Part shown: one piece after another, positions 20,342 to 29,841 of the stretch
How positions within the stretch are numbered: position 1 is the first letter of the stretch
How the letters are laid out: every line of letters begins with the position of its first letter
NCBI GenBank assembly: GCA_965230955.1
Contig: OZ246404.1
Coordinates: 225,184-289,183, forward strand
Direction of reading: 5' to 3'
Source of the DNA: an uncultured Candidatus Saccharibacteria bacterium
GTDB taxonomy: Bacteria; Patescibacteriota; CALEFQ01
Length of the DNA: 64,000 nucleotides
Notes under the pieces: model-generated
Told to the model about the DNA's origin: nothing
The model's database searches: none
Seen by the model: only the letters and a program-made list of their open reading frames with translations
Translations under genes and position numbers: made by a program

Positions 20342-20779
20342 ATGAAAAAAGTTCGCGCTCATATTTCCGGGATTATAACTAATCTCGCACCAGACCAAAA
20401 AAAACGCTACCTCGATTTTTACGACCAACTGGCCGCGGTTTGTCGTAAGCATGGCTGGCAGACTTTTGTGCCGCATCATTTTATCGATCCTCAGCAGTTT
20501 CCGGCCTCCTCCCCGACAGAGGTTTATGAGCGGGAAATCCGCGATCTGAAGGAGGCCGATGTGGTCATTGCTTATGTCGGACAGCCTTCACTGGGAGTGG
20601 GGATAGAGCTGGAAGTCGCGCGGGCGCAAAATGCCATTGTTATTTTATTGTTTGAGACCGGCGCTGTGGTTTCGCGTTTGGTGCGCGGCAATCCGGCGGT
20701 GATTCATGAAATTGTGTTTGCCGATTTTCCCGACGCCCTAAAAAAACTGAACGGTGTTTTGGAAAAAATAGAAATCTAA
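20342..20779 (+). CDS. Nucleoside 2-deoxyribosyltransferase / DNPH1(Rcl)-like N-glycosidase
   Basis: ADVVIAYV..PSLGVGIEL motif. Confidence 0.7.
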   Translation: MKKVRAHISGIITNLAPDQKKRYLDFYDQLAAVCRKHGWQTFVPHHFIDPQQFPASSPTEVYEREIRDLKEADVVIAYVGQPSLGVGIELEVARAQNAIVILLFETGAVVSRLVRGNPAVIHEIVFADFPDALKKLNGVLEKIEI

Positions 20780-20786
20780 AACAATT

Positions 20787-22274
20787 ATGGAAACATTGAT
20801 CGGGCTGGAAATTCACGCCCAGCTGAAAACTAAATCAAAAATGTTCTGCCGCTGCGCCAATGATTCACAGTCGGTGCCGCCCAATACGAATATTTGTCCG
20901 ATTTGCCTGGGACATCCCGGGACTCTGCCGGTCATTAATTCTGCCGCCGTGCGTTTTACGGTATTGACGGGTTTGGCCCTGCACGGCAGAATTCCTAATT
21001 TTTCCAAATTTGATCGAAAAAGTTATTTCTACCCAGATTTGCCTAAAGGATATCAAATTTCCCAATACGATCGCCCGATCGTCGAAGGCGGGGAGATGAC
21101 TTTTACTTTTGGGGAAGAGGCGCAGCGCGTCCGTTTGCGCCGGATACATCTGGAAGAAGATGCCGGTAAACTTATCCATGCCGTCGATAAAAAAAACAGC
21201 CTGGTTGATTATAACCGTTCCGGTACGCCTTTGATGGAAATTGTGACGGAGCCTGATTTGCGGGCGCCGGCTCAGGCTCGTGTTTTCCTGCAGGAAATTC
21301 AAAAATTACTCCGAACCTTGCGAATCGCCGACGCGGATATGGAGAAAGGCCAGTTGCGCTGCGATGCCAATATCAGCGTGCGCGACGGTGATCGGACCAC
21401 GGCGATCGTCGAAATCAAAAACATGAATTCGTTTCGTTCCGTTGAGCGCGCCTTGCTATTCGAGGAAAAACGCTTAGGTGAGCTGTTTTCCGCCCAAAAG
21501 GAAGCGGAGACAGTCAAAGAGACCCGCGGTTGGAATGATGTCACCGGAGTCACGACCTCCCAGCGTTCGAAAGAAGCCGCTCATGATTACCGATATTTTC
21601 CCGAGCCGGATTTGCCGCCTTTGCGCTTTGAAGAAGAATTTATTGCCTCGGTCAAGACCGGCTTGCCGGAGATGCCGCGCGAGCGTGAAAAACGCTTGAT
21701 TGACCAACTGGGAGTAAAATCGGCTGATGCCAAGATTCTGGCGGCCGATCCGTCACTGGCTGATTTTTTTGAAGCCACGGTTTCGGAATTGGGCGCTTGG
21801 ATGGAATCGCAAAAAGAGATCGCTCCCGCCAAAATGGACAGTTATAAAAATGAATTGGCCCAGCTTTGCTCCAATTGGATCCTGAGCGAGCTGATGAAAT
21901 ACCTGAAGCGTGACGGCGCGGCGATCAATCGGATCAAAATCACCCCGGAAAATATGGCTGAGTTTATCGATCTGGTACAGCGTCAGGAAGTGAACAGTTC
22001 CGCCGCTCAGCGGGTGCTGAAGGAAATGTATTCCACCGGGGAAGACCCTTCCGATATTGTTGATAAATTGGATCTCAAGCAAGTCAGCGATGGGGATGTA
22101 ATTTCCCAGTCGGTCGATCAGGTGATAAAAGACAATCCCGGTCCGGTCGGTGATTTCAAAGGGGGAAAAAATAACGCGTTACAGTACTTGGTCGGACAAG
22201 TCATGAAATTAACCAAAGGCAAGGTCAATCCGCAAAAAGTGCTGGAGGCTCTGCGGGCTAAATTAAAAACATGA
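20787..22274 (+). CDS. gatB: Asp/Glu-tRNA amidotransferase subunit B
   Basis: IGLEIHAQL, YFYPDLPKGYQISQ, HLEEDAGK, DYRYFPEPDL. Confidence 0.97.
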   Translation: METLIGLEIHAQLKTKSKMFCRCANDSQSVPPNTNICPICLGHPGTLPVINSAAVRFTVLTGLALHGRIPNFSKFDRKSYFYPDLPKGYQISQYDRPIVEGGEMTFTFGEEAQRVRLRRIHLEEDAGKLIHAVDKKNSLVDYNRSGTPLMEIVTEPDLRAPAQARVFLQEIQKLLRTLRIADADMEKGQLRCDANISVRDGDRTTAIVEIKNMNSFRSVERALLFEEKRLGELFSAQKEAETVKETRGWNDVTGVTTSQRSKEAAHDYRYFPEPDLPPLRFEEEFIASVKTGLPEMPREREKRLIDQLGVKSADAKILAADPSLADFFEATVSELGAWMESQKEIAPAKMDSYKNELAQLCSNWILSELMKYLKRDGAAINRIKITPENMAEFIDLVQRQEVNSSAAQRVLKEMYSTGEDPSDIVDKLDLKQVSDGDVISQSVDQVIKDNPGPVGDFKGGKNNALQYLVGQVMKLTKGKVNPQKVLEALRAKLKT

Positions 22275-22714
22275 TTATCAAGCACGAGGAGATCAAGCTC
22301 CGAACGAAAAAGAAGTACGATTTTTTTGATCTGACCGCGGCTGTCGATAAATTTATAAAGAAATCAGAAATCATAAACGGGCTGGTCAATATTCAGTCCA
22401 AGCATACTTCGTCGGCGGTTTATGTTAATGAAAACGAACCTCTACTCATGAAAGATTTTCAGCAGAATTGGGAAAAGCTTTTTTCGCCTTCGGCCAAGTA
22501 TAGTCATGACGATTTCAAAATCCGGACAGTCAATATGTGCAAAGGTGAATGCCAGAACGGGCATTCACATTGCAACGCAGTATTATTGGATACCAGCGTC
22601 ACGCTGAATGTGGTTGGCGGAAAATTGGATTTTGGGACTTGGCAGAGAATTTTCTTTGTGGAGCTTGATCGGGCGCGGGCGCGACAGGTATCGGTGATGA
22701 TTATCGGCCAGTAA
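22271..22714 (+). CDS. YjbQ/UPF0047 family protein
   Basis: HTSSAVYVNENE, NGHSH, GTWQRIFFVELD. Confidence 0.9.
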   Translation: MIIKHEEIKLRTKKKYDFFDLTAAVDKFIKKSEIINGLVNIQSKHTSSAVYVNENEPLLMKDFQQNWEKLFSPSAKYSHDDFKIRTVNMCKGECQNGHSHCNAVLLDTSVTLNVVGGKLDFGTWQRIFFVELDRARARQVSVMIIGQ

Positions 22715-22735
22715 AATTATTAATCTGATAAATAT

Positions 22736-23224
22736 ATGCCAGAAAAATTTATACCCGAAGAACTTGCTGGCCGCGAATCTAGCTTGCGTCCTGCCTCTAA
22801 AGAGTATCTAGTATATTTGAGTGAGGCAATTTCTGCTCCGCTGGAGGATGAAGACTATGATCCCGCTCAAGAAAAAACAGTTTCCCAATGGTTATCCAAA
22901 GCGGAAAATTTGGCCCAATCTGATCCGGCAGTTTATCGAGACAAAGCTTTGATCGACAAAATGGTTGGTTTGCGCCAAGCGCTGGAGCAGGTGACTAGTC
23001 CGTCGGTAGAAAATAGGCGCCACTGGAATGAAAAAACACAGCAACGCTTGATGGCTGTGTCCGTTTTCCTGGAAAAGCAGTTGAAGTTTTTAGCCGATGC
23101 GGAAATAGCCTCACTGCAGGCTACCGGTTTGGAACGTGAGGTGGAACGTAACGCTATATCCGCCGATAAGTCTTCCGATGAAATAATTCATGACTTGCAA
23201 GTTTGGCTTAATTCCGGAAATTAA
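22736..23224 (+). CDS. Hypothetical helical protein
   Basis: 162-aa ORF filling the gap, followed by a terminator. Confidence 0.65.
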   Translation: MPEKFIPEELAGRESSLRPASKEYLVYLSEAISAPLEDEDYDPAQEKTVSQWLSKAENLAQSDPAVYRDKALIDKMVGLRQALEQVTSPSVENRRHWNEKTQQRLMAVSVFLEKQLKFLADAEIASLQATGLEREVERNAISADKSSDEIIHDLQVWLNSGN

Positions 23225-23237
23225 ACCCAATCAACAT

Positions 23238-23263
23238 AAAATCCCCCGTCCTGGGGGGATTTT
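23238..23263. terminator. Bidirectional terminator
   Basis: aaaatcccccgtcctggggggatttt between convergent genes. Confidence 0.7.
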
Positions 23264-24167
23264 AGATGAAATTACTCACTAGTTCACTGGCAGCCGATTC
23301 AGCCCGATGAGGTTTCAGCCAGTGAATTTTTTTGTTGCGCTTAAACCAGGTCAGTTGGCGTTTGGCGTATTGGTGCGAGGCAAATTTCAATTTTTGAATG
23401 CCATCTGCTTCGCTTAATCGCCGGGCGATTATCTCGCTCAGATAGCGATACTCCAGACCAAGTTCATAGAGACGGGTGTAGGAAACCCCGCTGGTGATCA
23501 ACCGGGCGACCTCGAGCTTGAGTCCCTGATCGATCATGCGATCGATAGTGCGGTCGATGCGCTGGTAGAGCTCGGTGCGCGGCCATTCGATCGCCAACCA
23601 GAGCGAATCATAGTCGCTGGTGTGTTTTTTCCGCAAGGCGGAAAACGGTTTTCCGGTCGTGAGGCACACTTCCACGGCGCGTACCAGCCGGCGCTTGTTG
23701 TGACGATCAATGGTTTTGGCCAGGCTGGGATCAAGTTTTTTTAATCGGGTAAAAAGGTCGGCGAACGATTCGGTTTGTAATTTGTCTCGTAGTTTGATAT
23801 CGGTGGAAATCCCGGGAATAACCAATTCTCCGGCCACCGAATCGATGTATAATCCGGTTCCGCCTACCAAGAAGGGCAGATGTTTCCGGTTATGGATGGC
23901 GGCAATCGCTTCCTTGGCCAACTTTTGGTATTCGCCCACGGAGAATTCGTGTTCGGGTGGGCAAACGTTGATCAGGTGGTGGGGAACCAGCGCCAGTTCT
24001 TCGGCCGTCGGTTTGGAGGTGCCGATATCCAGTTGCTGATAGACTTGTCTTGAATCGGCGCCGATTATTTCGCCGTCGAAAGTTTGAGCCAGGTTTAAAG
24101 CCAGGGCGGATTTGCCGCTCGAGGTCGGGCCACAAACGACGATAATTTTTTGTTTAGACGACGGCAT
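23262..24167 (-). CDS. miaA: tRNA dimethylallyltransferase
   Basis: GPTSSGKS, DSRQVY..LDIGTSKP, VGGTGLY, YAKRQLTWF. Confidence 0.96.
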   Translation of the reverse strand: MPSSKQKIIVVCGPTSSGKSALALNLAQTFDGEIIGADSRQVYQQLDIGTSKPTAEELALVPHHLINVCPPEHEFSVGEYQKLAKEAIAAIHNRKHLPFLVGGTGLYIDSVAGELVIPGISTDIKLRDKLQTESFADLFTRLKKLDPSLAKTIDRHNKRRLVRAVEVCLTTGKPFSALRKKHTSDYDSLWLAIEWPRTELYQRIDRTIDRMIDQGLKLEVARLITSGVSYTRLYELGLEYRYLSEIIARRLSEADGIQKLKFASHQYAKRQLTWFKRNKKIHWLKPHRAESAASELVSNFI

Positions 24168-25425
24168 GGCCATATAGTCCCCAGCTCGTTGCGGCGGTAA
24201 GGCGCACCGGTACGAGTTGATTTAAACAATTTTGGGCAGTGGTGAATTTTACCGTTTTGAGCAGTTCGTTCTTGCCGAAATTCAGATAAATTTTCCCTTG
24301 ACGCTGTACTTTTTCGACCAGGACGGTCATGATTTGGCCGATCAGCTTTTCATTGCGTGCCATGGCTGATTGCTTAATGATCGCATCCAGGATTTTAGCG
24401 CGCCGGGCTTTCTCTTTTGATGATACATCATCGGCAACTTTCGCGGAAGCTGTCCCGGGGCGCGGGGAATAACGCGCGATATAGGCCAGATCAAATTGGG
24501 CTTTCTTGAAAAGCGCGACTGATTTCCGGAAGTCTGCCTTGGTTTCGCCCGGGAAGCCGACAATCAGATCGGTAGTGATAGAGGCAGTGGGGAGAAGTCG
24601 GCGGATGTCGGTAATTATTTTCAGGTACTGGGCCACGGTATAATGACGATTCATCTTTTTCAGGATGCGATTGCTGCCGGCCTGGATCGGCAGGTGAAAA
24701 TAAGGGCAAAGTTTCGGATATTTTTTTATCAGGTTGATGATTTTTCGAGAAAAGTCTTTCGGATGCGAGGTGAGGAAAAAAACTCTGAAATTGCCAGGAC
24801 ATTGGGCGACTCGGGCTAGTAGTTTCGAAAAATCGGTTGCCCCGCAACGGTAACTGTTGACGTTTTGTCCCAAGAGTGTGATTTGGCGGTGGCCTTTTCC
24901 GGCCAGAGAATTTATTTCCGTTAAAATGTCTTTGACCGGACGCGATCGCTCCGGTCCGCGAACGTAGGGAACAATGCAATAAGAGCAAAAATTATTGCAC
25001 CCGGTCATGATCGGCACATAGGCTTCAACGGGAGACGTGTGGGCCGGAGAAACTGACAGATAATCTACAATTTTTGATGTCTGATTTTTTGTCTGCAGCA
25101 ATTTCGGTAAGCCGGAGATTTTTGAAATATCGCAAAAAATAGCTTCTGGCCCGTATTTCTTCCGGAAACTTTTTTGTTGGGCCAAGCATCCGGTAATCAC
25201 TATTTTTTGGCGGCGTTGTTCCGCGGACCGAATTTGGCCCACGGCCCGATCTTCGGCGCTCTGGCGGACGGAGCAGGTGTTCACGATTAAAATATCAGCC
25301 AGCTTTTCGTCGGCCGGTCGGTATTTTTTAGCGTTCATCACGGCCGCGATCCTTTCCGAATCGGATTTATTCATCTGACAGCCGAAAGTCCGGATGAAAT
25401 AGGTCGGCTTTGTTTGAGTCGGCAT
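24154..25425 (-). CDS. miaB: tRNA methylthiotransferase MiaB
   Basis: TFGCQMN, NTCSVR, GCNNFCSYCIVP, IVGFPGET, YSPRPGT. Confidence 0.93.
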   Translation of the reverse strand: MPTQTKPTYFIRTFGCQMNKSDSERIAAVMNAKKYRPADEKLADILIVNTCSVRQSAEDRAVGQIRSAEQRRQKIVITGCLAQQKSFRKKYGPEAIFCDISKISGLPKLLQTKNQTSKIVDYLSVSPAHTSPVEAYVPIMTGCNNFCSYCIVPYVRGPERSRPVKDILTEINSLAGKGHRQITLLGQNVNSYRCGATDFSKLLARVAQCPGNFRVFFLTSHPKDFSRKIINLIKKYPKLCPYFHLPIQAGSNRILKKMNRHYTVAQYLKIITDIRRLLPTASITTDLIVGFPGETKADFRKSVALFKKAQFDLAYIARYSPRPGTASAKVADDVSSKEKARRAKILDAIIKQSAMARNEKLIGQIMTVLVEKVQRQGKIYLNFGKNELLKTVKFTTAQNCLNQLVPVRLTAATSWGLYGHAVV

Positions 25426-25498
25426 ACTGGTGGTAATACTGATTAAGATGGGCGGCGTTTCGACAGTAATCGTAATGTAGCAGGGCGGGAGCAGAAAT

Positions 25499-25539
25499 TC
25501 AAGCATAAAAAAGGCCTCCACATAATTGGGGAGGCCGAG
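25499..25539 (-). repeat. 41-bp direct repeat copy 1 (terminator plus TTGA)
   Basis: 40/41 identical to 26367-26407. Confidence 0.9.
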
Positions 25540-25569
25540 TACATTGAGAAAAGGTGGATTTGCCCGAGG

Positions 25570-26226
25570 CTAGACTTTAGGAGGTTCCGTCTCGACTCCT
25601 TTGTGCAGGATGAGAGTAGCGTCATCGAACGCGAAAGCTCGAGTGTTAAGGCCTATGTGTGTGATAAGTTTTTGATTGATCCAGCTTGATAAAAACGAAC
25701 CGGAGAGTTTATTTGCTATGGACTGGAGAAATTTGAGGATAGCATCAACTCGTGCTCTCAACCATATTATCTGCGCCTTTTGTTCGGCGAGGATGTTTTT
25801 CAATTCCTCATTTTCTGCTTTCAGTTCCCTGTAGCTCGGTCCGGTTTGCGGAATTGCAAGGCTGTACGTTGGTAGGATAGTCCCGCCGATAATTTTTTCG
25901 TACATTGCCCGCAGGTCTTCGAGGGTTTTAGCCTCGATGCTGATTTCGAGACAACGGCCGTAATGATTGCGCAGCGAGAGATCGGCTCTGGTTGAGTTCT
26001 CGATGTAGATCCCGGGATAACGGGAATTCACCAATTTGTGATCAGTAGTGATCAACTCCCGTAAGGTGAAGAATTCCTCCATTCCTGCGAGTTCTGGCAC
26101 TGCAACCCAGGTTAATGAAGGGATTTCTACATAGTTATGACCCCCATTATTTTCTACCCTCATTCCGATTTTTGCCGCCGCGTCGCTTCCGTCTTTGCCC
26201 AAATACATTCTTACCGTGTAATTCAT
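25570..26226 (-). CDS. Hypothetical ORFan with coiled-coil segment
   Basis: SD agaaaggag, own TTGACA promoter and terminator. Confidence 0.7.
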   Translation of the reverse strand: MNYTVRMYLGKDGSDAAAKIGMRVENNGGHNYVEIPSLTWVAVPELAGMEEFFTLRELITTDHKLVNSRYPGIYIENSTRADLSLRNHYGRCLEISIEAKTLEDLRAMYEKIIGGTILPTYSLAIPQTGPSYRELKAENEELKNILAEQKAQIIWLRARVDAILKFLQSIANKLSGSFLSSWINQKLITHIGLNTRAFAFDDATLILHKGVETEPPKV

Positions 26227-26366
26227 CCCATTTCTCCTTTCTATACCGCTTGGACTCCGCCAGGTCTTCTTTGGCCAGGTCGCTCCTAAGTCGGCTATGG
26301 GTGAGGATGTTGATTTCCTGGTATCTCCAGGGAATCAACCGAAAATATCATATTGGACGATATTTG

Positions 26367-26407
26367 TCAAGCATAAAAAAGGCCTCCACATAATTGAGGA
26401 GGCCGAG
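26367..26407 (-). repeat. 41-bp direct repeat copy 2 (terminator plus TTGA)
   Basis: ctcggcctcctcaattatgtggaggccttttttatgcttga on the minus strand. Confidence 0.9.
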
Positions 26408-26424
26408 GGGACGAGGCATCGCGA

Positions 26425-26592
26425 TTACTTCATGATGAAGATAAAAATTACGATGGTCGCGATGAATAATCCAATGAGGATTCGGCGACAGTAGCGCTTC
26501 ATTGCCGGGGAAAACCAGCGATGCTCGCCGGTGGCTTGAGGATAGAACGAGCCATGTTCGCCTGGTTTTCGAAATGATCGATGCTTGGGCAT
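26425..26592 (-). CDS. 55-aa C-terminally anchored membrane peptide (not in ORF track)
   Basis: MPKHRSF..RRILIGLFIATIVIFIFIMK; SD agaaaggagg; TTGACA-16-TATTCT; terminator follows. Confidence 0.7.
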   Translation of the reverse strand: MPKHRSFRKPGEHGSFYPQATGEHRWFSPAMKRYCRRILIGLFIATIVIFIFIMK

Positions 26593-26738
26593 ATGTCCTC
26601 CTTTCTGCTTTCCTCAGATATACTAGTGTATTTCCAGCAAGAATATCATTTTTTCGGCATTTGTCAAGAGGATGAAGTAAAATTTTCTCGGCCCATAAAA
26701 AACAGGCTCATCATAGGGGAGTGATGAGCCCGTAAAAA

Positions 26739-26873
26739 TTACCAGAGCGATGACAGTTCAAAATCTGGAAAGTTCCAGACAATAATGGTGATCAAGATCA
26801 GGCCCAAAGCGATAATCATAGTTCGCCGAACTATTTCCTGATTACTGTGCCAATTACCAGGGAAATGCCTCAT
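26739..26873 (-). CDS. 44-aa single-TM peptide (not in ORF track)
   Basis: MRHFPG..MIIALGLILITIIVW..; SD agaaaggagg; TTGACA just after thrS stop; terminator gggctcatcac..gatgagcctg-T6. Confidence 0.68.
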   Translation of the reverse strand: MRHFPGNWHSNQEIVRRTMIIALGLILITIIVWNFPDFELSSLW

Positions 26874-26930
26874 AAATGCCTCCTTTCTATCCCTGAGCTT
26901 AGGATGTGCCCTAATTGTTGTCCTGTCAAT

Positions 26931-28676
26931 CTATAACTTCTTTTCTATTTTTTCCTTTAATTCGCTAATTAGTGCGGCGATGGTTTTTACACCCAAATCG
27001 CCGGCTTCCCGCGAACGAACTGCCACCTGGCCGGATTGTTGTTCTTTTTCACCGAAAATAATCATGTATGGTATTTTTTCCATTTGGGCTTGGCGAATCT
27101 TTTTGCCGACTGATTCATTTTGATGATCGACTTCCACCCGCAAATTATGCTGGCGGAGTTGGGTCGCCAATTTATCGGCGCCGTCCGTGAATTTTTCAGC
27201 TACGGGTAAGATTTTGACCTGAACGGGAGCCAGCCAGAGCGGAAAAGCGCCGGCATATTTTTCTATTAGAAATCCGATGGTTCGTTCTAGACAGCCGATT
27301 GAAGAGCGATGGATTACGATCGGGCGTTCGGGCTTTCCTTTTTCGTTGATATAAGTTAGGTCAAACCGTTCGGGCATGCAGAAGTCGTATTGGACAGTGA
27401 AAGCGGAATCTTCTTTGCCGGAGAAGTTTTTGACCTGAATGTCTATTTTGGGTCCATAAAATGCTGCTTCGTCTTTGGCTTCGAAAAATGGTGCGTTGAC
27501 TTTCTTTAATACGGACCGTAAAATTTCTTCTCCTTGTTCCCAGGAGCGATCGTCTTTATAATATTTCTTTGTGTTACTGCGATCACCTAGTGATAGACGA
27601 TATCGATAGTCAACTCCCTTGACCAGACCCAGAGAGCTTGAACAAAAATCAATGAGATCAATAGCGCCCTTTATTTCATCGGTGGCTTGGTTTTCCCGGC
27701 AAATGATGTGAGCATCGGCCAAGCAAAAATCCCGGACGCGGATCAATCCACTTAACTCGCCCGATTTTTCATAGCGATACATTTTGGCAACTTCGGCGAT
27801 GCGCAACGGAAGTTCGCGGTAACTGTGTGGTTTGTCTTTGTAGAGCATGAAATGGTGCGGGCAAGACATCGGTCGCAAAATTAGCTCCTCCTCGTCAATT
27901 TTCATCGGCGGATACATTGTATCCTTGTAGTAGGGGTAGTGACCGGAGCGCTTGTATAAATCTACTTTGGCCAGATCTTGGGTGTAGACATGCTGGTATC
28001 CGCGCTTTATCTCTTCGTCAATAACAAAACGTTCTAGTTCCCGGCGTAGTACCGCGCCTTTGGCCGTAAACATCGGCAGTCCTTTGCCGACCAGATCACT
28101 GAAAACAAACAGGTCCAATTCTTTTCCCAGTTTGCGATGATCGCGCTTCTTGGCTTCTTCCAGCTGATGCAAGTATTTGGCCAGTTCTTTCCGGTCGGCG
28201 AAAGCCGTGCCGTAGACGCGCTGGAGCATTTTGTTTTTCTCGTCGCCTTTCCAGTAAGCGCCGGCGGTTTTGAGCAGTTTGAATGATCTGATTTCTCCGG
28301 TCGAATCAAGATGAGGCCCGCGACAGAGGTCGACAAAACGTCCGGTTTTGTAAATCGAAACCTTCGGATCGGTCATTTCCTGGAGCAATTCGACTTTGTA
28401 AATCTGACCAGCCTTTTTGAAAAGTTCCAAGGCTTTGTCTCGGGAAATTTCTTCCCGTTCGAAGCGGTGATTGGCTTTGATGATTTCCTTCATCTTGGCC
28501 TCGATGTTGGCTAAGTCTTCCGGAATCAGAGTGCGCGGCAAATCCAGGTCGTAGTAAAACCCGTTGTCGATCGCCGGCCCGATGGCAAATTTGGCGTCGG
28601 GAAATAATTCATAAATCGCGGCGGCCAAAACATGGGCCGTTGAATGGCGGAGGAGGTCTAGTTTTTTTGGATCCAT
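26931..28676 (-). CDS. thrS: Threonine-tRNA ligase
   Basis: RHSTAH, DLCRGPH, RDHRKLG, RPMSCP, FYGPKID, GAFPLWLAP. Confidence 0.97.
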   Translation of the reverse strand: MDPKKLDLLRHSTAHVLAAAIYELFPDAKFAIGPAIDNGFYYDLDLPRTLIPEDLANIEAKMKEIIKANHRFEREEISRDKALELFKKAGQIYKVELLQEMTDPKVSIYKTGRFVDLCRGPHLDSTGEIRSFKLLKTAGAYWKGDEKNKMLQRVYGTAFADRKELAKYLHQLEEAKKRDHRKLGKELDLFVFSDLVGKGLPMFTAKGAVLRRELERFVIDEEIKRGYQHVYTQDLAKVDLYKRSGHYPYYKDTMYPPMKIDEEELILRPMSCPHHFMLYKDKPHSYRELPLRIAEVAKMYRYEKSGELSGLIRVRDFCLADAHIICRENQATDEIKGAIDLIDFCSSSLGLVKGVDYRYRLSLGDRSNTKKYYKDDRSWEQGEEILRSVLKKVNAPFFEAKDEAAFYGPKIDIQVKNFSGKEDSAFTVQYDFCMPERFDLTYINEKGKPERPIVIHRSSIGCLERTIGFLIEKYAGAFPLWLAPVQVKILPVAEKFTDGADKLATQLRQHNLRVEVDHQNESVGKKIRQAQMEKIPYMIIFGEKEQQSGQVAVRSREAGDLGVKTIAALISELKEKIEKKL

Positions 28677-28681
28677 AGGTT

Positions 28682-28760
28682 TAAGTCAAAAATCAAAAGT
28701 CAAAAGTCAAAATGGGAATAGCAGATCTTTAGACTTTTGACTTTTTACTTTTGACTTTGA
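28682..28760. repeat. Inverted heptamer hairpin (GTCAAAA)n ... (TTTTGAC)n
   Basis: agtcaaaaatcaaaagtcaaaagtcaaaa ... gacttttgactttttacttttgacttt. Confidence 0.85.
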
Positions 28761-29005
28761 AAAAACCTTTCCTGCCACAAAGTTGCAAAAGCACTTTGGA
28801 GCATGAAAGGTTTTTTCACGCGGTTCCATCCAAATTGGTTCTTGATTGCCCTGATAATGCTCAGGCGAGCAGCTCTCTTAATCGTGAATACGTTTTCGAG
28901 AACGGCGCTGTCCACTGTAAGCCAGATCCGCCCTTTGGTAAACTCCAGGACGGTATCTTCGCTTTTCTCGGACACCGGTTGGTAGCCGGTTGGCGCTGAT
29001 AATTG
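28757..29005 (-). ncRNA. T-box riboswitch leader (Thr) of thrS
   Basis: T-box AATTTGGATGGAACCGCG at 28819-28836; candidate specifier ACC at 28952-28954 before ctggag; terminator gaaaaaacctttc/gaaaggttttttc; TTGACT-16-TATAAT upstream. Confidence 0.72.
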
Positions 29006-29085
29006 TATTTACATTATAACTTATTAGAGCGACAAGTCAATAAATAAAAATCCCCAGCTCGCGGAGCGGGGGAATGGGTAGACGG

Positions 29086-29712
29086 TTATTTTCGAATCAG
29101 ACGGTCGACTTCTTCGAAATCGTGTACCAAGTGATGGGGATAATTACCGGTCGGCTGTTTGAGCCGGTCGGGTCGTTGCATGTGGCAATTGATGACCAAA
29201 TTGGCCGATATGCCTTGGATTCTCACTTGGTCGAGATTTTCCGGCAGGTCATCGATGAATACCAGCGGAGCTCCGTGTTTGGTGAGCAATCTTAGCAAGA
29301 TCTCCGCCTTGGTGTGTTGCGGCGAGGCAAAGTAAACGGCCTGATAGGAGATGTTGGCCGAGATCAGTTTGGATAATTGGAAAACTTCATTTCCGGCTGT
29401 GAGTATAATTACCGGAACATCATAGCTCCAAACCGAGAAGTATTTCTCGGTGTCCTCGTAGGCGCGCAATGTTTGGTCTAACCATTCATTGAGCTGACTC
29501 GGCAGGCGCTTCGGTCTGTCCGGCCGGAGCTCTCCAATGATTCGATCGAAACTGAATTGCGCTTGGTCGATCAGTGCCTGCGTCGTTTGTCTTGCCTTGG
29601 TGTCGCTGACGCGAAAACGGGACCAAATGTCGAAAAACCCTTTTAGGTTGTCGACGAATCGCACCGTGGTATCATCCAGATCAACTACAACTGCCGTAAC
29701 GATTAATGGCAT
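29086..29712 (-). CDS. HAD-superfamily hydrolase ORFan
   Basis: VDLDDT (DxD), ILTAG, K, FIDD motifs; SD agaaaggagg; own promoter and terminator. Confidence 0.75.
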   Translation of the reverse strand: MPLIVTAVVVDLDDTTVRFVDNLKGFFDIWSRFRVSDTKARQTTQALIDQAQFSFDRIIGELRPDRPKRLPSQLNEWLDQTLRAYEDTEKYFSVWSYDVPVIILTAGNEVFQLSKLISANISYQAVYFASPQHTKAEILLRLLTKHGAPLVFIDDLPENLDQVRIQGISANLVINCHMQRPDRLKQPTGNYPHHLVHDFEEVDRLIRK

Positions 29713-29841
29713 AAACGCCTCCTTTCTGTGTCGACACTATGGCAGACGATTTTGAATTCGTCAAGGATATTGCTGTCTTGACAGCGGCGTTATTTCGGAA
29801 TATAACTGGTTAATCTAGTTGCCCTTAGAAAGGAGGACAAA

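Noticed and set aside
25499-26930. Classical integron cassette array
   Set aside because: No attC-like RYYYAAC..GTTRRRY boundaries seen, no IntI, and the units carry their own promoters.
28745-28975. 76-aa ORF upstream of thrS
   Set aside because: It overlaps the T-box motif and terminator, has a GTG start with no SD, and is better explained as leader RNA.
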